Assembly (NCBI GenBank): GCA_973895155.1
Contig: OZ316895.1
Location: 8,606,184 to 8,670,183, forward strand
Direction of reading: 5' to 3'
From: Marsupella aquatica
Lineage: Eukaryota; Plantae; Marchantiophyta
Length of the DNA stretch: 64,000 bases
Shown one piece after another: positions 27,451 to 40,167 of the stretch. Both the position numbers and the translations under genes were made by a program. The notes under the pieces were generated by a model that ran no database searches, had not been told where the DNA came from, and saw nothing but the letters and a program-made list of their open reading frames with translations. Each line of letters begins with the position of its first letter. Position 1 is the first letter of the stretch.

Positions 27451-29841
27451 AACCGCTTTCAGCTACAATCGGAGCCGGAACGGAATCTGCATAAGCTCCT
27501 CATCACGGCGAGAGTTCCAGTAAGCACATCATGTTTTGGAAGAGTGACGAGCAGCTTGGGAGACAGTATGGTTTCTGCCGAGAACTACAATCCTAAACTT
27601 TCTCTAGCAACGATTTTCATACATATATATCTAGATAATTATCAATGCAGATTGATAGAGGTTGCTTTTACGAGATGTACAGAATACGAGGACCATCTAT
27701 CTATAAAGCACACTAAAATTCTCATTCTCGAATTTCATTATCTGTGATTTGTCTGTGTGTTTAGGGTTTGTGGTCAAGGCCAAGTGTTCCTTCAAACTTA
27801 CAAACAGCTCCAAGGAGTTGGGTCGTGGGAAACTTAATGGAAGGAGATATTAGGATTGGCTACAAATTTGGAAGATCGGTGATTACAGAGATGAGAGAGG
27901 TTCTGTAACCTTTTTTGCAAGCTAAACTGTACACCTGCTTTCGCACGTTCAAGCGATTCTCTTTTCTTGCAGCCTTTCAGGAGAACATAGAGCCATACGT
28001 GTACCAGCACAAATTGTCAACAGAGAAAACTCCAATTAGCCATGCGCTACCGTACGTGCTCTCACGGAAACGAAGCTTCTGTGAATCGGAGCTCCCACAA
28101 TTTTTTGGACAGATATTGCCGCATATTGGACGAGGATCCAGTTATTCACAGGGTAGGATACGGAGGTTTAGGAAGGGCACATCCTTCCATCTTCTGAAAT
28201 TATAGATGAATCGACTAAGGCGAGCGCTTCCCTGGCCAAATCCACTTGGGCCAACATAGTAACAGCAAATTGTTGCACCAGCCAGCTTATCCCCTGAGCT
28301 TACCAGGGCAGGTGATGCCATCCCGAGTCTTGAACGGCCTTCTCAGCCGACGCCTTGATTGATTCGTATCCAGAGGTATACAATGGAATGAACAGTTCAC
28401 TGTCACGAGTCTGAAGCTCAACTTGCGTGCTCTCTGTTTCTAAAAAGAAGCTACTGTGGACTGAGGTCGCTAAAAACATTTTGCTAATATACGCTCTCAT
28501 TGCTAGAAATGCCTTTGATTGCGATTCGAAATCGTGAATGAATTACCTTTCTCTGCGCTTACTGCTCTATATAGAACTGCAGTTTCCTTCACTTCCAGAA
28601 ACGAATGGAAGAGGAGATGATCCTGTCCAAGCTTTTGTTGTCCGAGTTGAAGCTGCACTATTCCTAAGAGAGCTTGAGCCTCTGAGATCCGCTTGTTGTA
28701 TCTATGAGAGGGGTCCTATCTTCGCAAATAGAAGATGCACTAGATCACCCCTGCTGCTGAGCTAAACACCGCGCGATTTTCAATTCCAAAGCACGTCACC
28801 TTTGGTTTCCACAGCCGCGTCAGGGATGTTGCCAAATCATTGCTCGAGAGTTCCTTACACAGTCAGATTGAACATTTTTTACATTTTTTTTTGGTTTGAA
28901 GTCTCGAAAAACGGAAAATGGTGTTCCCATGGACCGAGCACACCTTCTGTCTTTTGTTCCTCCGCAGGAGAAGCAGCAGAGGCAGTACGTAAACAGAAAT
29001 GAATTCGCTGACGATGAGGTGGTGAGCATGATATTTGCACCGAGTGCCAAAAAGAAGGTAACATGTGCTCCTGATGTACTTGATAGCGAGTCTTAGCGAG
29101 TCTTGCAAGCACTGCCTCCGGTGCGCCAGGAAGAGGAATGGAGCAAATAGATGGAGGGAGGGGGTCGCCCATTCGCAGGCACTTGAAGTCGTTGGTGATC
29201 GAGCCACCTCCTTCCTTGAAGCTGGAGTGGACCCACCCAGCTCATGGAATAGTTTGAATTGATAGCACGTAAACTTTTGCCGATCGTCTGTCAACCCAAT
29301 GGATGAGATCGCCTTCAAGTCTGGATACGATGACCATTTGGAGCTAGGAGAAGAGCTCTTGTTGCTCCGGATTGATATCAGAGTGGAAGGCTTCTCGTAG
29401 GGACCAGGCGGAGTTGACACCTGAGATACGAACCAATCCAAGGTCATGAGGTCTCTCGGGACTGAGGTTGGTTCATGAAATCTGCCAGTAATAAGGCGGG
29501 CTGCATGGAGCTGGACTATTGGTTCTCCTCGGCAAGCCCAAATCTGGCCCTCATCATCGTATAGCTGCTGTGACGATGAGAAATACGTCTACTGCAATCT
29601 TCAGCAAGGAGAATACAAATGCCAGCTTCAGTATCACGTCAAGCAACTGACTCCCGCAACTGACTCCCTGGCTATTCTTCACGATAATCTTTACTATCCA
29701 CTACTTGACTGCTAAGATTAGAAGTATATTATCAGCAACAAGCTAAGATTAGAACTATATTGAGCCGATGATGGTATGTGCGAGAATGGAATAAAGACTC
29801 TCATTGCGGACTACTATGAGCCCTACACTCATAGTTGTTAT

Positions 29842-30185
29842 TGTTGAACATAGACGACAATTGCAACGACAAGCCCATGAACCATCCAACACACAAGAGT
29901 CGACACAGAGAGATATGTGATTCATTTCCACATGAGGCTATGTCCACGAGAACACACAAGAGTTTTACTGCGCTCTAGGCCGATTGACCATACCAAGCAT
30001 CTATAGCACAAGCTCTCCCTATCTCTCAACTAGCTCCGTAACAATGAGCCTAAGTTCCACTAGGGTCTGGCATCAGCCCTAGCTCTATTCACAACAACAC
30101 TACTGCTAACATTAGCTAAGTCCTAACCCGAGTTAGCCTAACTGTGGTTAGCTCATGAGTCACAAAACTAGAGCAATATCTAACA
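29842..30185. mobile_element. Solo LTR (344 bp)
   Basis: Begins TGTTG, ends TAACA, and is flanked by an exact 5-bp TSD gttat (29837-41 and 30186-90). Similar to the elements at 48677 and 51000. Confidence 0.88.
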
Positions 30186-30290
30186 GTTATGACATTGTAT
30201 TAGACAGGATTTCACATTCTAAAACAACATTCTTTCATAGCATAATAGAGTTTTCTACAATCAATTGTCATTAACATTGTGTAGAGTAAG

Positions 30291-32053
30291 ATGAACACAA
30301 CTGGGCAAGGAGAAGATAGTAAGGGGAATGACAACACTGACTACATGCACAATGAGCCACGAGCGTTCGTTGAAATTAGATGAGGATGAGGATCAGGGAC
30401 TTCTTCCGAGGCTCCCTGATGACGTTACGTTGGACCAAATTGTTTCAAGATTGTGATGGTCAGCGTTTTTCATGTTGAAATTGGTAAGCCGATCCTGGCG
30501 AAAAGCAATTCAAAGTCGTCAGGTTTATGATGCGAGGGTTTGCTCTCACTCTATCGAGAGGATCGTGGTGTTCCGTCAAACTCTGAATAACAAAAATTTT
30601 CTCCACTTGAGTACAGACGGCCCAATCAAGAACCGGTGGGAGAAACTTCCTAGGTTTAAGATGTCTGTCGATTCTAAGCAATCATGGCAGTGCGCTTCAC
30701 TGAATGCCAAACTCTATCTGGTGGGAGGAGATAAGTTTGCTGATAGTGACGACTATGACATTCATGAAGAAAGTGACAATGACATTAATGCTGATTCGGA
30801 CGATGACATTGGTGAAGAAAGTGATGATGACATTGATGCTGATTGTGACGATGACCTTAGTGCTGATATTGAAGACAGTGCCATTGGGGAAGATAGTTAC
30901 GATGACCTCAGTCCTAGTAGTGAAAGCAGTAGCACTAGTGAAAGTAGTGACGAGAGTGATCATCGTGAGGTTCGTGACATTTCCAGCACTACTGGCCGGG
31001 GTTGCAAGGTACACGTCCTGGATGTCGCAGGGCACGGGAAGTGGGAATTTTGTGCAAATATGCAAAAAGAAATAACTGCATTTAGCTGTGGCGTGGCAAA
31101 TGGCAAGATTTATGTCTTTGGAGGTCGAATGCCTGGTGGAAAGTGTACACGTGAATGTGCAATGTTTGACCCCAAGGAAAACGCATGGTCTCGGGGGTCT
31201 CACTATATGGGGACCTCCCCATCGCCTGCGACGTTTTTAGGCCTCGGACCCCCTAAAATGTAAGAAAAAAAATTATTTATTAACCCCTATAAAGTTGGAA
31301 TATTCTTGGAATATTCTAAAAATTGGATTAAAAATACCCTAATATTCTTATAAGTCTCAAAATTGAATTTAAAAGACCCTATTGTTCTTCTACAAAAATT
31401 CTTAAGTCTTCCCTTAGAACCAATAAAATGACCCTATCCTTCGTCGCACGTGATATGCCATTTTTGTGGAAGTGAAACCCCCGAGCGCATGGTCTTCGAT
31501 ATGCCCATGAGATATAACCAAGCGGACCATGCACGAAGTTGTAGGAGTTGGTGAGGAGCTGTTCGTGCATGGTCCGCCTGGTGGTTACCGAGCTGATGAC
31601 CACCCACCTTCTCTACCGTTCACCGAGGTTTATCATACACGCAAGGACGAGTGGACATCACTCAAACTGTTTCAGATTCATATATCGCAAAAATTGTTTT
31701 ATGGCGGAAGGGAAACTCTACTTGAAGACTCCAGTTGCTGTATATGTGCATAATGTCAATTGTGATGGAAACTATGAATGGACATTTTTGCATTCAGAAT
31801 TGTATGACTATACCAGGCGATCAGTCACAGCAATTTGCCCTGTACTCGAACTGTAAGCAGTGAGCTTTTTCAGCAGTGGGAATTAAGGATGGCCCAGGCA
31901 CATGAGAACTACTGTAGCAAATAAGTATAAGTCATGAACGCAAAGCTTTGGTAGCGAGGAGGAAACAATTGTGTGGGAGGCAGTTCAGTCTGAAATCATG
32001 AAAAAATTATTCCTAGAAGAGAGTCTTGGATTGGGGGCTGCTGTTTATGCCTG
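30291..32053 (+). pseudogene. F-box/kelch-repeat pseudogene, copy 2, disrupted by a MITE
   Basis: F-box LLPRLPDDVTLDQIVSRL*WSAFFMLKLVSRSWRKAI has an in-frame stop. Kelch motifs CASLNAKLYLVGG and CGVANGKIYVFGG...FDPKENAWS. Frameshifts and an insertion at 31190. Confidence 0.85.
31190..31485. mobile_element. hAT-type MITE (296 bp)
   Basis: 15-bp TIRs ctcgggggtctcact / agtgaaacccccgag (14/15 match) and an exact 8-bp TSD cgcatggt (31182-89, 31486-93). AT-rich interior. Confidence 0.9.
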
Positions 32054-32745
32054 AGCTTTACCAGGCTCAGATAGGTAAGGTTTAGATTTGTGTGTCAAGC
32101 TCTATAGTTTACAAATAGGTGGGGTTTACATTTGTGTGTCAGGCTCTTCAGTTTACAGATACATAGGGTTTAGATTTATGTGTCTCTGGTTTTCTTGTGC
32201 CGGGCTCCTGCCTGGTCCTTTTGGCTTATTGGCCTTTTCCTTATTCGCTTTTGATTGGGTTTTTGGCTTTTGGGATAGTGTCTCCCAGTTGGGCACCTTT
32301 TGCTTTTTGGCAATTTGAAATATATATTTCCCTGTTTCAGTTACTTTTTGGCAGTTCAAAATTTATCTTTCCCTGCTCTGGTTACTTTTTGGCAGTTTGA
32401 AATATATCTTTCCCTGTTTCGGTTGTCTTTCGATGCAGTTCACTGCATGGAGCTCAATCAAATTTTGTTATTAGATTAGTGCCTTGGCTAGTTTGTCCAC
32501 CATGTAGTTGCCTTTTGGTCTCGTTGGATTAGTCTCAGAGATGTATTTCCAAGGCAACCCAAGACCCTTACCTTTCAGCCTGGCATTATCGTGTAAGGTA
32601 ACCCATGGCCTGGAGGGGTTATGGGCACTGAGGGCAGTGAGCCTAAGAGGATCCAACAGGTGATGGGTGACGGGACATAATGTTCATATTGTTCTCGTGT
32701 GACGGGACACTAATGCACGAGTTAATGCAGACTTTTGGTCTGAGT

Positions 32746-32897
32746 AAAAAAGAGGCTAGTTGATTCTGTCTTTCAAAGCAAGGGTCCCCTCCTAGCATGG
32801 ATTCTTTGCTCAAATTAGCAAAAAAGAGGCTAGTTGATTCTGTCTTTCAAAGCAAGGGTCCCCTCCTAGCATGATTGGATTCTTTGCTCAAATTAGC
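32746..32897. repeat. ~74-bp tandem duplication
   Basis: aaaaagaggctagttgattctgtctttcaaagcaagggtcccc..cctagcatg..gattctttgctcaaattagc occurs twice back to back. Confidence 0.85.
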
Positions 32898-33925
32898 TAA
32901 GCATCAATGTAATGCTACTAGTAGCTGAGCATGGGCTCCCTACTAAATTCCCCAAGCATCGGTTGTCAAGCAGATATAAGTCCATCGCTAAATGGTAGTT
33001 TAGTGTATGTGGGTCTGCTCCCGGGTTTGCTCCTAGAACTAGTGTACCAGGACTAGAACTACTAACATTAGCCAATAATAGATCTATATGAGTTGTTTAT
33101 TCATTGCTGTTTTGAACCATGATTCTACCATTAGCCTTAGAGAGGATGGGTCTGCTGCATGAGTTCGTGGAGCATGGGTCCATTGCTAACATTGGCTGAG
33201 GATTTGTTTCTAAAACAACTTGCATATTCATTGTTATTTGGAACCATGATTTGTTTTCATAACATATCAAATTACTTTTAGCAACTGGATTATTGGGTCC
33301 CTTAGCTGGTGAAGTGAGTTTGTTTTGATGACATGGGTTGAGCCAGGCTGTCTCTTATGTCCCAACCACTCCCCTTAATATACAAGCATTTGACTTGAGA
33401 TGAAGATCATGTTAAGGATAGCAGTTGACTCCGGCAAATAAAAATCTGCCACATTATCAATGTATCTCTTAATGTATCAAGGTCTAAGGCATTTATATGG
33501 TCATAATCATTTTTGGGGTGCAAAGTGCATACAGTCATGTTGTGTCTCAAAGGGTGCTATTCTTGTTTCTGGTCTGAACCGGAGCATTGATAGCCTCTTT
33601 GTTGCAGCATAAACAAAATCTACCCTCGACATTTACCAATTGTTCCGTGGTAGGCCAATGTATATATATGGCCTCGAGTATGCCTCCATGTATACACTGG
33701 TCGACATAAGGTGGACCCTAATATGCACCCCAATATGCACTAATGGTGCACCTGGGACCACTACTATATACTTTTGGGACATAGTTTTTGGGGCGTATCT
33801 GCAGCCCCTTCTCTCCACTGCAACGAACGGGCGAACCTTAGGCCAGAGAACGAAATGTGAACCAGATGGATCGATGAACGCTGAGACTAAGAAAGCCACA
33901 TTTAACTAACAACAAAGAAAAGCCA

Positions 33926-33940
33926 TAAACCCTAAACCCT
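33926..33940 (+). promoter_or_regulatory. Telo-box (double AAACCCT) upstream of KAE1
   Basis: taaaccctaaaccct lies ~400 bp before the ATG. Telo-boxes are known near the 5' ends of plant translation-apparatus genes. Confidence 0.5.
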
Positions 33941-34334
33941 TGCTACTTCAACATGTCGGGCCAGAAACTGTTATCAGAAATCTATTCCAGATGCTTCGAT
34001 GCACGCTGGGAGCATTTTTGGTATGAAAGTTCTCGTTGACGAGAAGCTCGCGTCCATTTGAGCAGAGCGCTCTTTGAGGTGGGTTCTCGGGGATGCAAAA
34101 CCGAAATCTGAATCTTCGCTGATGTCAATTCGTTCTGTTTCTGCCATCGCTTGAATTTCCACCTTCAGAGTTTTGCTTCCCGTTGCCTTCTGCATTGAGT
34201 CCCTCTGCCCTTCAATCTCTCTCAGAAATTTTTTATCCGTCTCTAATCTCCACACGGGCCTTCATTCATTTTGAGTACTTTTGTGTCCCTTCTCCATCGT
34301 CGAATTGGAACGAGGAGCTGTGGCAGCAGCAACT

Positions 34335-35351
34335 ATGATCGCGATAGGGTTCGAGGGCTCGGCCAACAAAATTGGCATAGGAATCGTTAAGCTCGACGGA
34401 ACTATACTCTCCAACCCTCGCCACACGTACGTGACGCCCCCGGGCCATGGCTTTCTCCCTCGGGAGACCGCCCTCCACCACCAAGTGCACGTCCTGCCGT
34501 TGGTCCACGCAGCTTTGAAAGAAGCGAAGGTCAGTGTCGACGACATCGACTGCCTGTGTTACACCAAGGGTCCAGGCATGGGAGCACCTTTGCAAGTCTC
34601 GGCAATTGTGGTGAGAATGCTCTCCCAGCTGTGGAAGAAGCCGATCGTTGCCGTCAACCACTGCATCGCGCATATCGAGATGGGGCGGGTGGTGTGTGGA
34701 GCAGAGGACCCTGTGGTTTTGTATGTTAGTGGTGGAAATACTCAGGTGATAGCTTACAGCGAGGGGTATTACCGGATCTTCGGGGAAACTATAGATATTG
34801 CTGTTGGCAACTGCTTGGACAGGTTTGCCAGAGTGCTGAAGATCTCCAACGATCCGAGTCCGGGGTACAACATCGAGCAGCTGGCGAAGGGAGGGAAGGA
34901 GTTTGTGGAGCTGCCATATGTGGTGAAGGGCATGGATGTGTCGTTCAGTGGGATTGAGAGCTTCATTGAGGAGGTTGCCAATAGGAAGATAGCGTTAAAT
35001 GAGTGTACTCCTGCTGACTTGTGCTTTTCTCTGCAAGAAACGGTGTTTGCTATGCTGGTTGAGATCACAGAGAGAGCCATGGCCCACTGTGGGACGAAGG
35101 ATGTGTTGATAGTTGGTGGAGTTGGCTGCAACGAGAGGTTGCAGGAGATGATGCGGATTATGTGTGACGAGAGAGGGGGCCGTTTGTATGCAACGGATGA
35201 ACGGTACTGCATTGACAACGGTGCAATGATTGCTTACACTGGGCTACTTGCATTCGCTCATGGTACTACGGATCCGATTGAAAACACCACATGTACTCAA
35301 CGGTATAGGACAGATGATGTGAAGGCTTCGTGGAGGAGTGCAGAGACCTGA
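34335..35351 (+). CDS. KAE1: tRNA N6-adenosine threonylcarbamoyltransferase (KEOPS catalytic subunit Kae1/OSGEP), intronless CDS
   Basis: [16 protein letters not shown] start, [11 protein letters not shown], metal-binding [32 protein letters not shown] and TQRYRTDDV in one continuous 338-aa ORF. Confidence 0.97.
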   Translation: MIAIGFEGSANKIGIGIVKLDGTILSNPRHTYVTPPGHGFLPRETALHHQVHVLPLVHAALKEAKVSVDDIDCLCYTKGPGMGAPLQVSAIVVRMLSQLWKKPIVAVNHCIAHIEMGRVVCGAEDPVVLYVSGGNTQVIAYSEGYYRIFGETIDIAVGNCLDRFARVLKISNDPSPGYNIEQLAKGGKEFVELPYVVKGMDVSFSGIESFIEEVANRKIALNECTPADLCFSLQETVFAMLVEITERAMAHCGTKDVLIVGGVGCNERLQEMMRIMCDERGGRLYATDERYCIDNGAMIAYTGLLAFAHGTTDPIENTTCTQRYRTDDVKASWRSAET

Positions 35352-36475
35352 GATTTTGAACCCGCATGGGAGGATTGAGCTAGAATAGTAGACTGCAGGG
35401 TGTACAGTATTAGAGATGGTTACCTCTCAAGGCCAGCAAGGCCTTGTTAGGATTTTGAAAAATTGAGGAATTGCCGAAAGCAAGATCATTGTTAGGTTGG
35501 TTGAAATCGTGTTCATGAATGCTGGCTAAATTTGTTTTGAGGTATGCTTGCAATGGATATTAGGGATTTGAATAGGACCTACTCTGACATTTCGTTGCAC
35601 TGTTATGCACTGTCATACATGCTCCGCCAATCTGCTTTAAGGAGTGAACATACAACTCTGAAATCTTGCCCAAAATTCAAATACCACTAGATGTCAATCG
35701 CACCAACAAATCCTTATGTAACGGTGGGCAATTTGTTGAAAGCCATCATCTTCAATCTGTTAATAATTGTCTCATGGCTGATTTTCACGGCACAACTTAT
35801 GTAAAATGTACTCCACGAAAAAATAGGGTTCACGCCCTCTACTGAGCAAATATAATTCGCACGACAACAAAATTACGAACTGTTTTAGGATATAAGTTGG
35901 AAGAGGAAGCCTTCGAGCACTCAAACGGAGAATTCTGTCTGGATCAATTTTAGGGAATCTGCATCCATAGTCTGTATCCAAGAAAAAACAAATGTCGATA
36001 TCTCACTCATAGGCCCATGATTCAGACAGCATTTGTACTGCCACACGAAGTGGCCGATTTCATCCGCAAACCTTGGTAAGCAAATGTACCAAAAATCGAA
36101 GTTAGACACTGAAACCAGAGCATTGACATCCAGCCATCTCAATGAGTGGAAAATTAATTCTCAAAGGCAGTAAACATCGAAGTTACACACTGAAACCAGA
36201 GGATTGACATTCAGCCACTTCTCTGGGTGGAAAGTTAGTTCTGTTATAAAAACTCATTATGTACAAGTTACAACTGGATAAATGAATCCGAATGTGTTCT
36301 CACTTGCCATAAGATTCAACCACCACTACGTGGCAAACATGATCAATGAGTGGTCCTGGATAGTAGGGCTGTCGGAACCAACAAAGGACAATCCAGAGGG
36401 TTCTTGTTTCGTATCAGGCATTAGAAAATGGGGAGGGGCTTGAAAACACCTGCTGTACACAATGAGGCACTGTCA

Positions 36476-36853
36476 TTACTTACAGTACCGGTCTGCTTTC
36501 TTCTTTACCCGCTCATCAAGTGCGGCTGTCCTGGAATCTACTGTAGGGATGTGATACGCATGCCTCCTCGTCTCTACAGGAAACAGCTCCTCATACTTCT
36601 TACTCTTCTTACCATCGGGTGCATGTCCCGTACCCGTATCAATTTCAATGGCATCTGTAGACTTGCTTACAGCGCCTTCAGCACCCTCCACACCCTCCAC
36701 ACCCTCCACACCCAGTACATCCTCATTTCCATCCACGAGCTGATCTTTCTGTTGCTTCTTCTTCTTTGTCTTCTTGGATATTTTTCGATCTATACCCAGA
36801 CCCCCTTTGAAAGTCAGCTTTGAGCCTCTCACTTTTTCATATGACGACGACAT
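36476..36853 (-). CDS. Small basic protein with FRG1-like N- and C-terminal motifs
   Basis: 125-aa ORF: YEKVRGSKLTFKGG, a Lys-rich NLS, and C-terminus LDERVKKKADRYCK, resembling the FRG1 ends (YSYVKSTKLVLKG ... LDRRAKLKADRYCK, recalled). Confidence 0.8.
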   Translation of the reverse strand: MSSSYEKVRGSKLTFKGGLGIDRKISKKTKKKKQQKDQLVDGNEDVLGVEGVEGVEGAEGAVSKSTDAIEIDTGTGHAPDGKKSKKYEELFPVETRRHAYHIPTVDSRTAALDERVKKKADRYCK

Positions 36854-39034
36854 GACGACTGGATCTCAATGCCTGTACCAAATTGCATCTGTGAGGAAAG
36901 CTGAACCTGTACAAGACCTTATAGGTGTTCTATGGGGATCCTTCCATCCGGGCCTCACAACACTCCCGGCGTCCCGCCTGAATTCAAAACCGGCCAACGT
37001 CAGATCAATAACCTTCCAAACCCGCATAACCCTATCGCCATCAAGCTAGGGTTGGAATTCCACAACAGGCCCAAAGAGGTACTAGTCACACCAGGTTAGG
37101 GTTAACAATTCCTGACCAGGATTTCAGGCAGAGAGTGTTTACTCCATCCTACAGAACACTTCTGCCATGTCGGAGGTTCAGTCATCCTGAGCTTCGCATG
37201 CAAATCGCAGAAGAATTAGGAACGGGAAACCCCATAATGGTGCATAAGTTGGATTGCTACGTCGAAGACATACTCGTAAGAATGGAGAGGACAAACTTTC
37301 GGAAATCTGAGATCATAAACATAGGAGTCTTTTCTACCATAATTCTTTCAACACTTTAAAACACACAGACAGCAACAACATCTCAAGAAAAGAACCTATA
37401 AGACACCGAGGTGGATATGATAGTTTCTGAGAAAAGATTTGAAAGAGTTACGCTGGGATGACGTTTGGAAACAACAAGGAAGAATTCGCACGAAGCCATA
37501 ATTGAAGACAACAAATCCAAACAATGCTGTAAAGCCAGAAGGGGGCTCCGTCTCTTTCATGCAGCTGGGCACGCGTAATATTTGGCTACTGATTGAAGAC
37601 AGCTGAGAACCAGTATTTGAAGACAAGAGAAACGGAAACAGCAACAGAGAAAGAGAAGTCCAATTGCTTTCGTCATGTTCGAGAAACCGAGCTCATGAAA
37701 CTCACCTCGTTGACGCCCTGCAATCAAATCAATGAGTGGCAAATTGGAGTATCGCAGCTCCGTGCTTGATCTACTGTGAAACTCGCCGATCGATTCACAG
37801 CTTGTGTGCCAGTCCGTCGCTTCCCAGGGCAATGTGCTCACTTCTTCTATTGTTAGCATCCCCTCGATGTCAATAGTCGTGCTCATGTTTTCTTTTTCGC
37901 CAGGGTGGCCTTGCGTGAAGGAAAAGATGCTAAGAACATTACTCACCCAAGTTTCCTAGATTAAGTTGCGACCGTTAGATCTACATAAATTTGAGGATAG
38001 CCATCAGATTATAGCTAATGGGGTCTGCCGCTAGGGTGAGAAACTGGATAATGGAAGAAATGTAAAACGTTTTTTTTTCCAGTAAACAGTGGAACGCCCT
38101 TTTTTTTCTGTTGTTTTGGTTTTCTAATCTTAAAAGCAATGTCTTCATTGAAAGTCTGGCTCCATAGCGCGCCACATCATCATGACAAGCTGGCAACATG
38201 ACTATTCTATATTTGGCAACCCAAATAACTACCAAGTTTTTGTTTGTGTCATTTTCCGAGTAAATTTTAGAACATTCTTAAAATTTAGCAAAAAATTGTC
38301 TTGAGGTTTCACAAGTCCATGGCCCAGTGAGCTACCACAAAGTCATGCCTCTCAGGGCCATTGAGAAAAATGCTGGCTATGCCCTGGAGAATCAGGTCCT
38401 TAATTCTCATAGCTTTTGATTGTATTTTATCTGAGTATTCATGTCATCGCAACCAAAAGCTACCCTTTGGGCCCTCCCGCCTAAAGTGAAGCCCCTAGAC
38501 CATAGATTGGAGGCATAACTAAAGTTGGACGTGCCAGTGAAAAATGGGTGCCTAGTACATCACTGAAAGTAGTCCATGGACTTTGAATGCCCTACTGGTA
38601 GTCTCCTTTTAGATTTCAAGAAATGACACTAGTATATATCACACAACAAAAGAGTCACACCAGGAGACACACTAGTTTGTGCTAATATTATTTTCGTGCA
38701 CAAGAATTAGTGTCATTGTGGTCTCATGAGTGGAAAATTAGTGGTCTCAAGAGTCTGTGGATAAATGCCCAAAAAGGCATGGTTGTGTGGTAGCTCACTT
38801 GAGTGAAAACTGATAGGTACTTGATTCAACTATTGTGATAGAATGTTCCCTTTCTATGAGATTTCATAGATTTCCATTAGAACAAATTGAAAGAGAAAAA
38901 GAGCGGGAAAATAGAGGGGAGAAAAATCATTTTGAAAAATCTACAGGGTCACAAATCCTGAAGAAAGGTCACCTGTGCTACCATTTCCATAATTAGGTGC
39001 TACCATTGTCATAATCTTGTGCCCAGAAAGTTTT

Positions 39035-39700
39035 ACCGGTAATCTTTTTTCCCGGCAGGTATTATGTGTGATAATGACTGTTCGGACTGGGGTTCTAGTT
39101 AAAAACCTGTTCTCACAAAGCTCAGAAAACTTCCCACCAATAACATTTCTTCACTTCTGGTCACAAAGATTACAGACTCTGGTAGTAACCAGTTTCTGGT
39201 CACAGAGATTACACACTAGGGTAGTAACCCCTTTCTCTTCACAATGGTTCTGACCAGAGATTACAGACTAGGGTAGTAACCCCTTTCTGGTCACATTGGT
39301 TTACAGACTAGTAACTCCATACCGTAAATCCTGTCAGGAGAAGAGGTTACCGGTGTGTAACCATTTCTGCAGGGCCCTGCTATAGTCATAATCTGTTCTC
39401 CTGAAAACTTGAATCGGTAACCTCTTTCCGGGCAGGAGTTATGTACGCTAATGCAGGGCAAGGTTGGGTTATAGTCTGTAACCTGCTCCCGGAATATTCA
39501 AAAAAGCTTTCCGACTGCCGCCGGTCAGCTTATTTTCATATTCCGTACACAAGGTTACAGCCTAGTAACCCTGCGCCCAGACCTGCATTACCCTATACAT
39601 AACTCCTTTCTGGTCACAGCCCTGCGCCCAGACTGGTCACCCAGACTGGTCACAGTGGTTTACAGACTAGTAACCCCATACCAGACACCCATTACCCTAT
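39035..39700. repeat. Degenerate repeat region rich in GTAACC / TCTGGTCACA / TTACAGACT motifs
   Basis: Units such as tctggtcacagagattacagactagggtagtaacccc recur at 39155-39315 and 39610-39680. A longer direct similarity links ~39035 and ~39415. Confidence 0.6.
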
Positions 39701-39703
39701 ACG

Positions 39704-39717
39704 TAAACCCTAAACCC
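39704..39717 (+). promoter_or_regulatory. Telo-box upstream of RIO1
   Basis: taaaccctaaaccc lies ~450 bp before the RIO1 ATG. Confidence 0.5.
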
Positions 39718-40167
39718 GCCTTCTGGGTGTGTAGCATGTAAGAAAGGAGGACGTCTAGTCTACATTACACACACAATCATCTACTTGGCTCCCACCGAAC
39801 AAGTCTCGTCTACGCTACCAAATCAGCTCGCAATTGTATGTGAGAAGCGCAGAAGGACTCGAGAGTGTTGTTGCCTGTGCTGTGCGCTCCCTCTCATTCC
39901 ATTTTTGGTTCCTCCTCACTTTTCCTTCGTGCGTTCATTTTCAATTGATGTCCTTTTTTCCTTGCGATGCAATTCCTAAACCCCTCTCCTTCGGGGATTC
40001 TAGTGCGTCAGTCTTTTCTCCTCCTTGCATCTGAATTGCGATGTGTTTGAACTTTTTATTATGCAGTACTGTGGAATTCGAGTGATTCCTAGTGCAGTGC
40101 TTTGAAGAACGGGGTGGACTGGACTTCCTCTCCTGTTCAGTTCTTCGTGCCTTGTAGCTACTCCGCG

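Noticed and set aside
33974-35218. Minus-strand ORFs upstream of and within KAE1
   Set aside because: Antisense shadows of the CDS or 5' region with no motifs.
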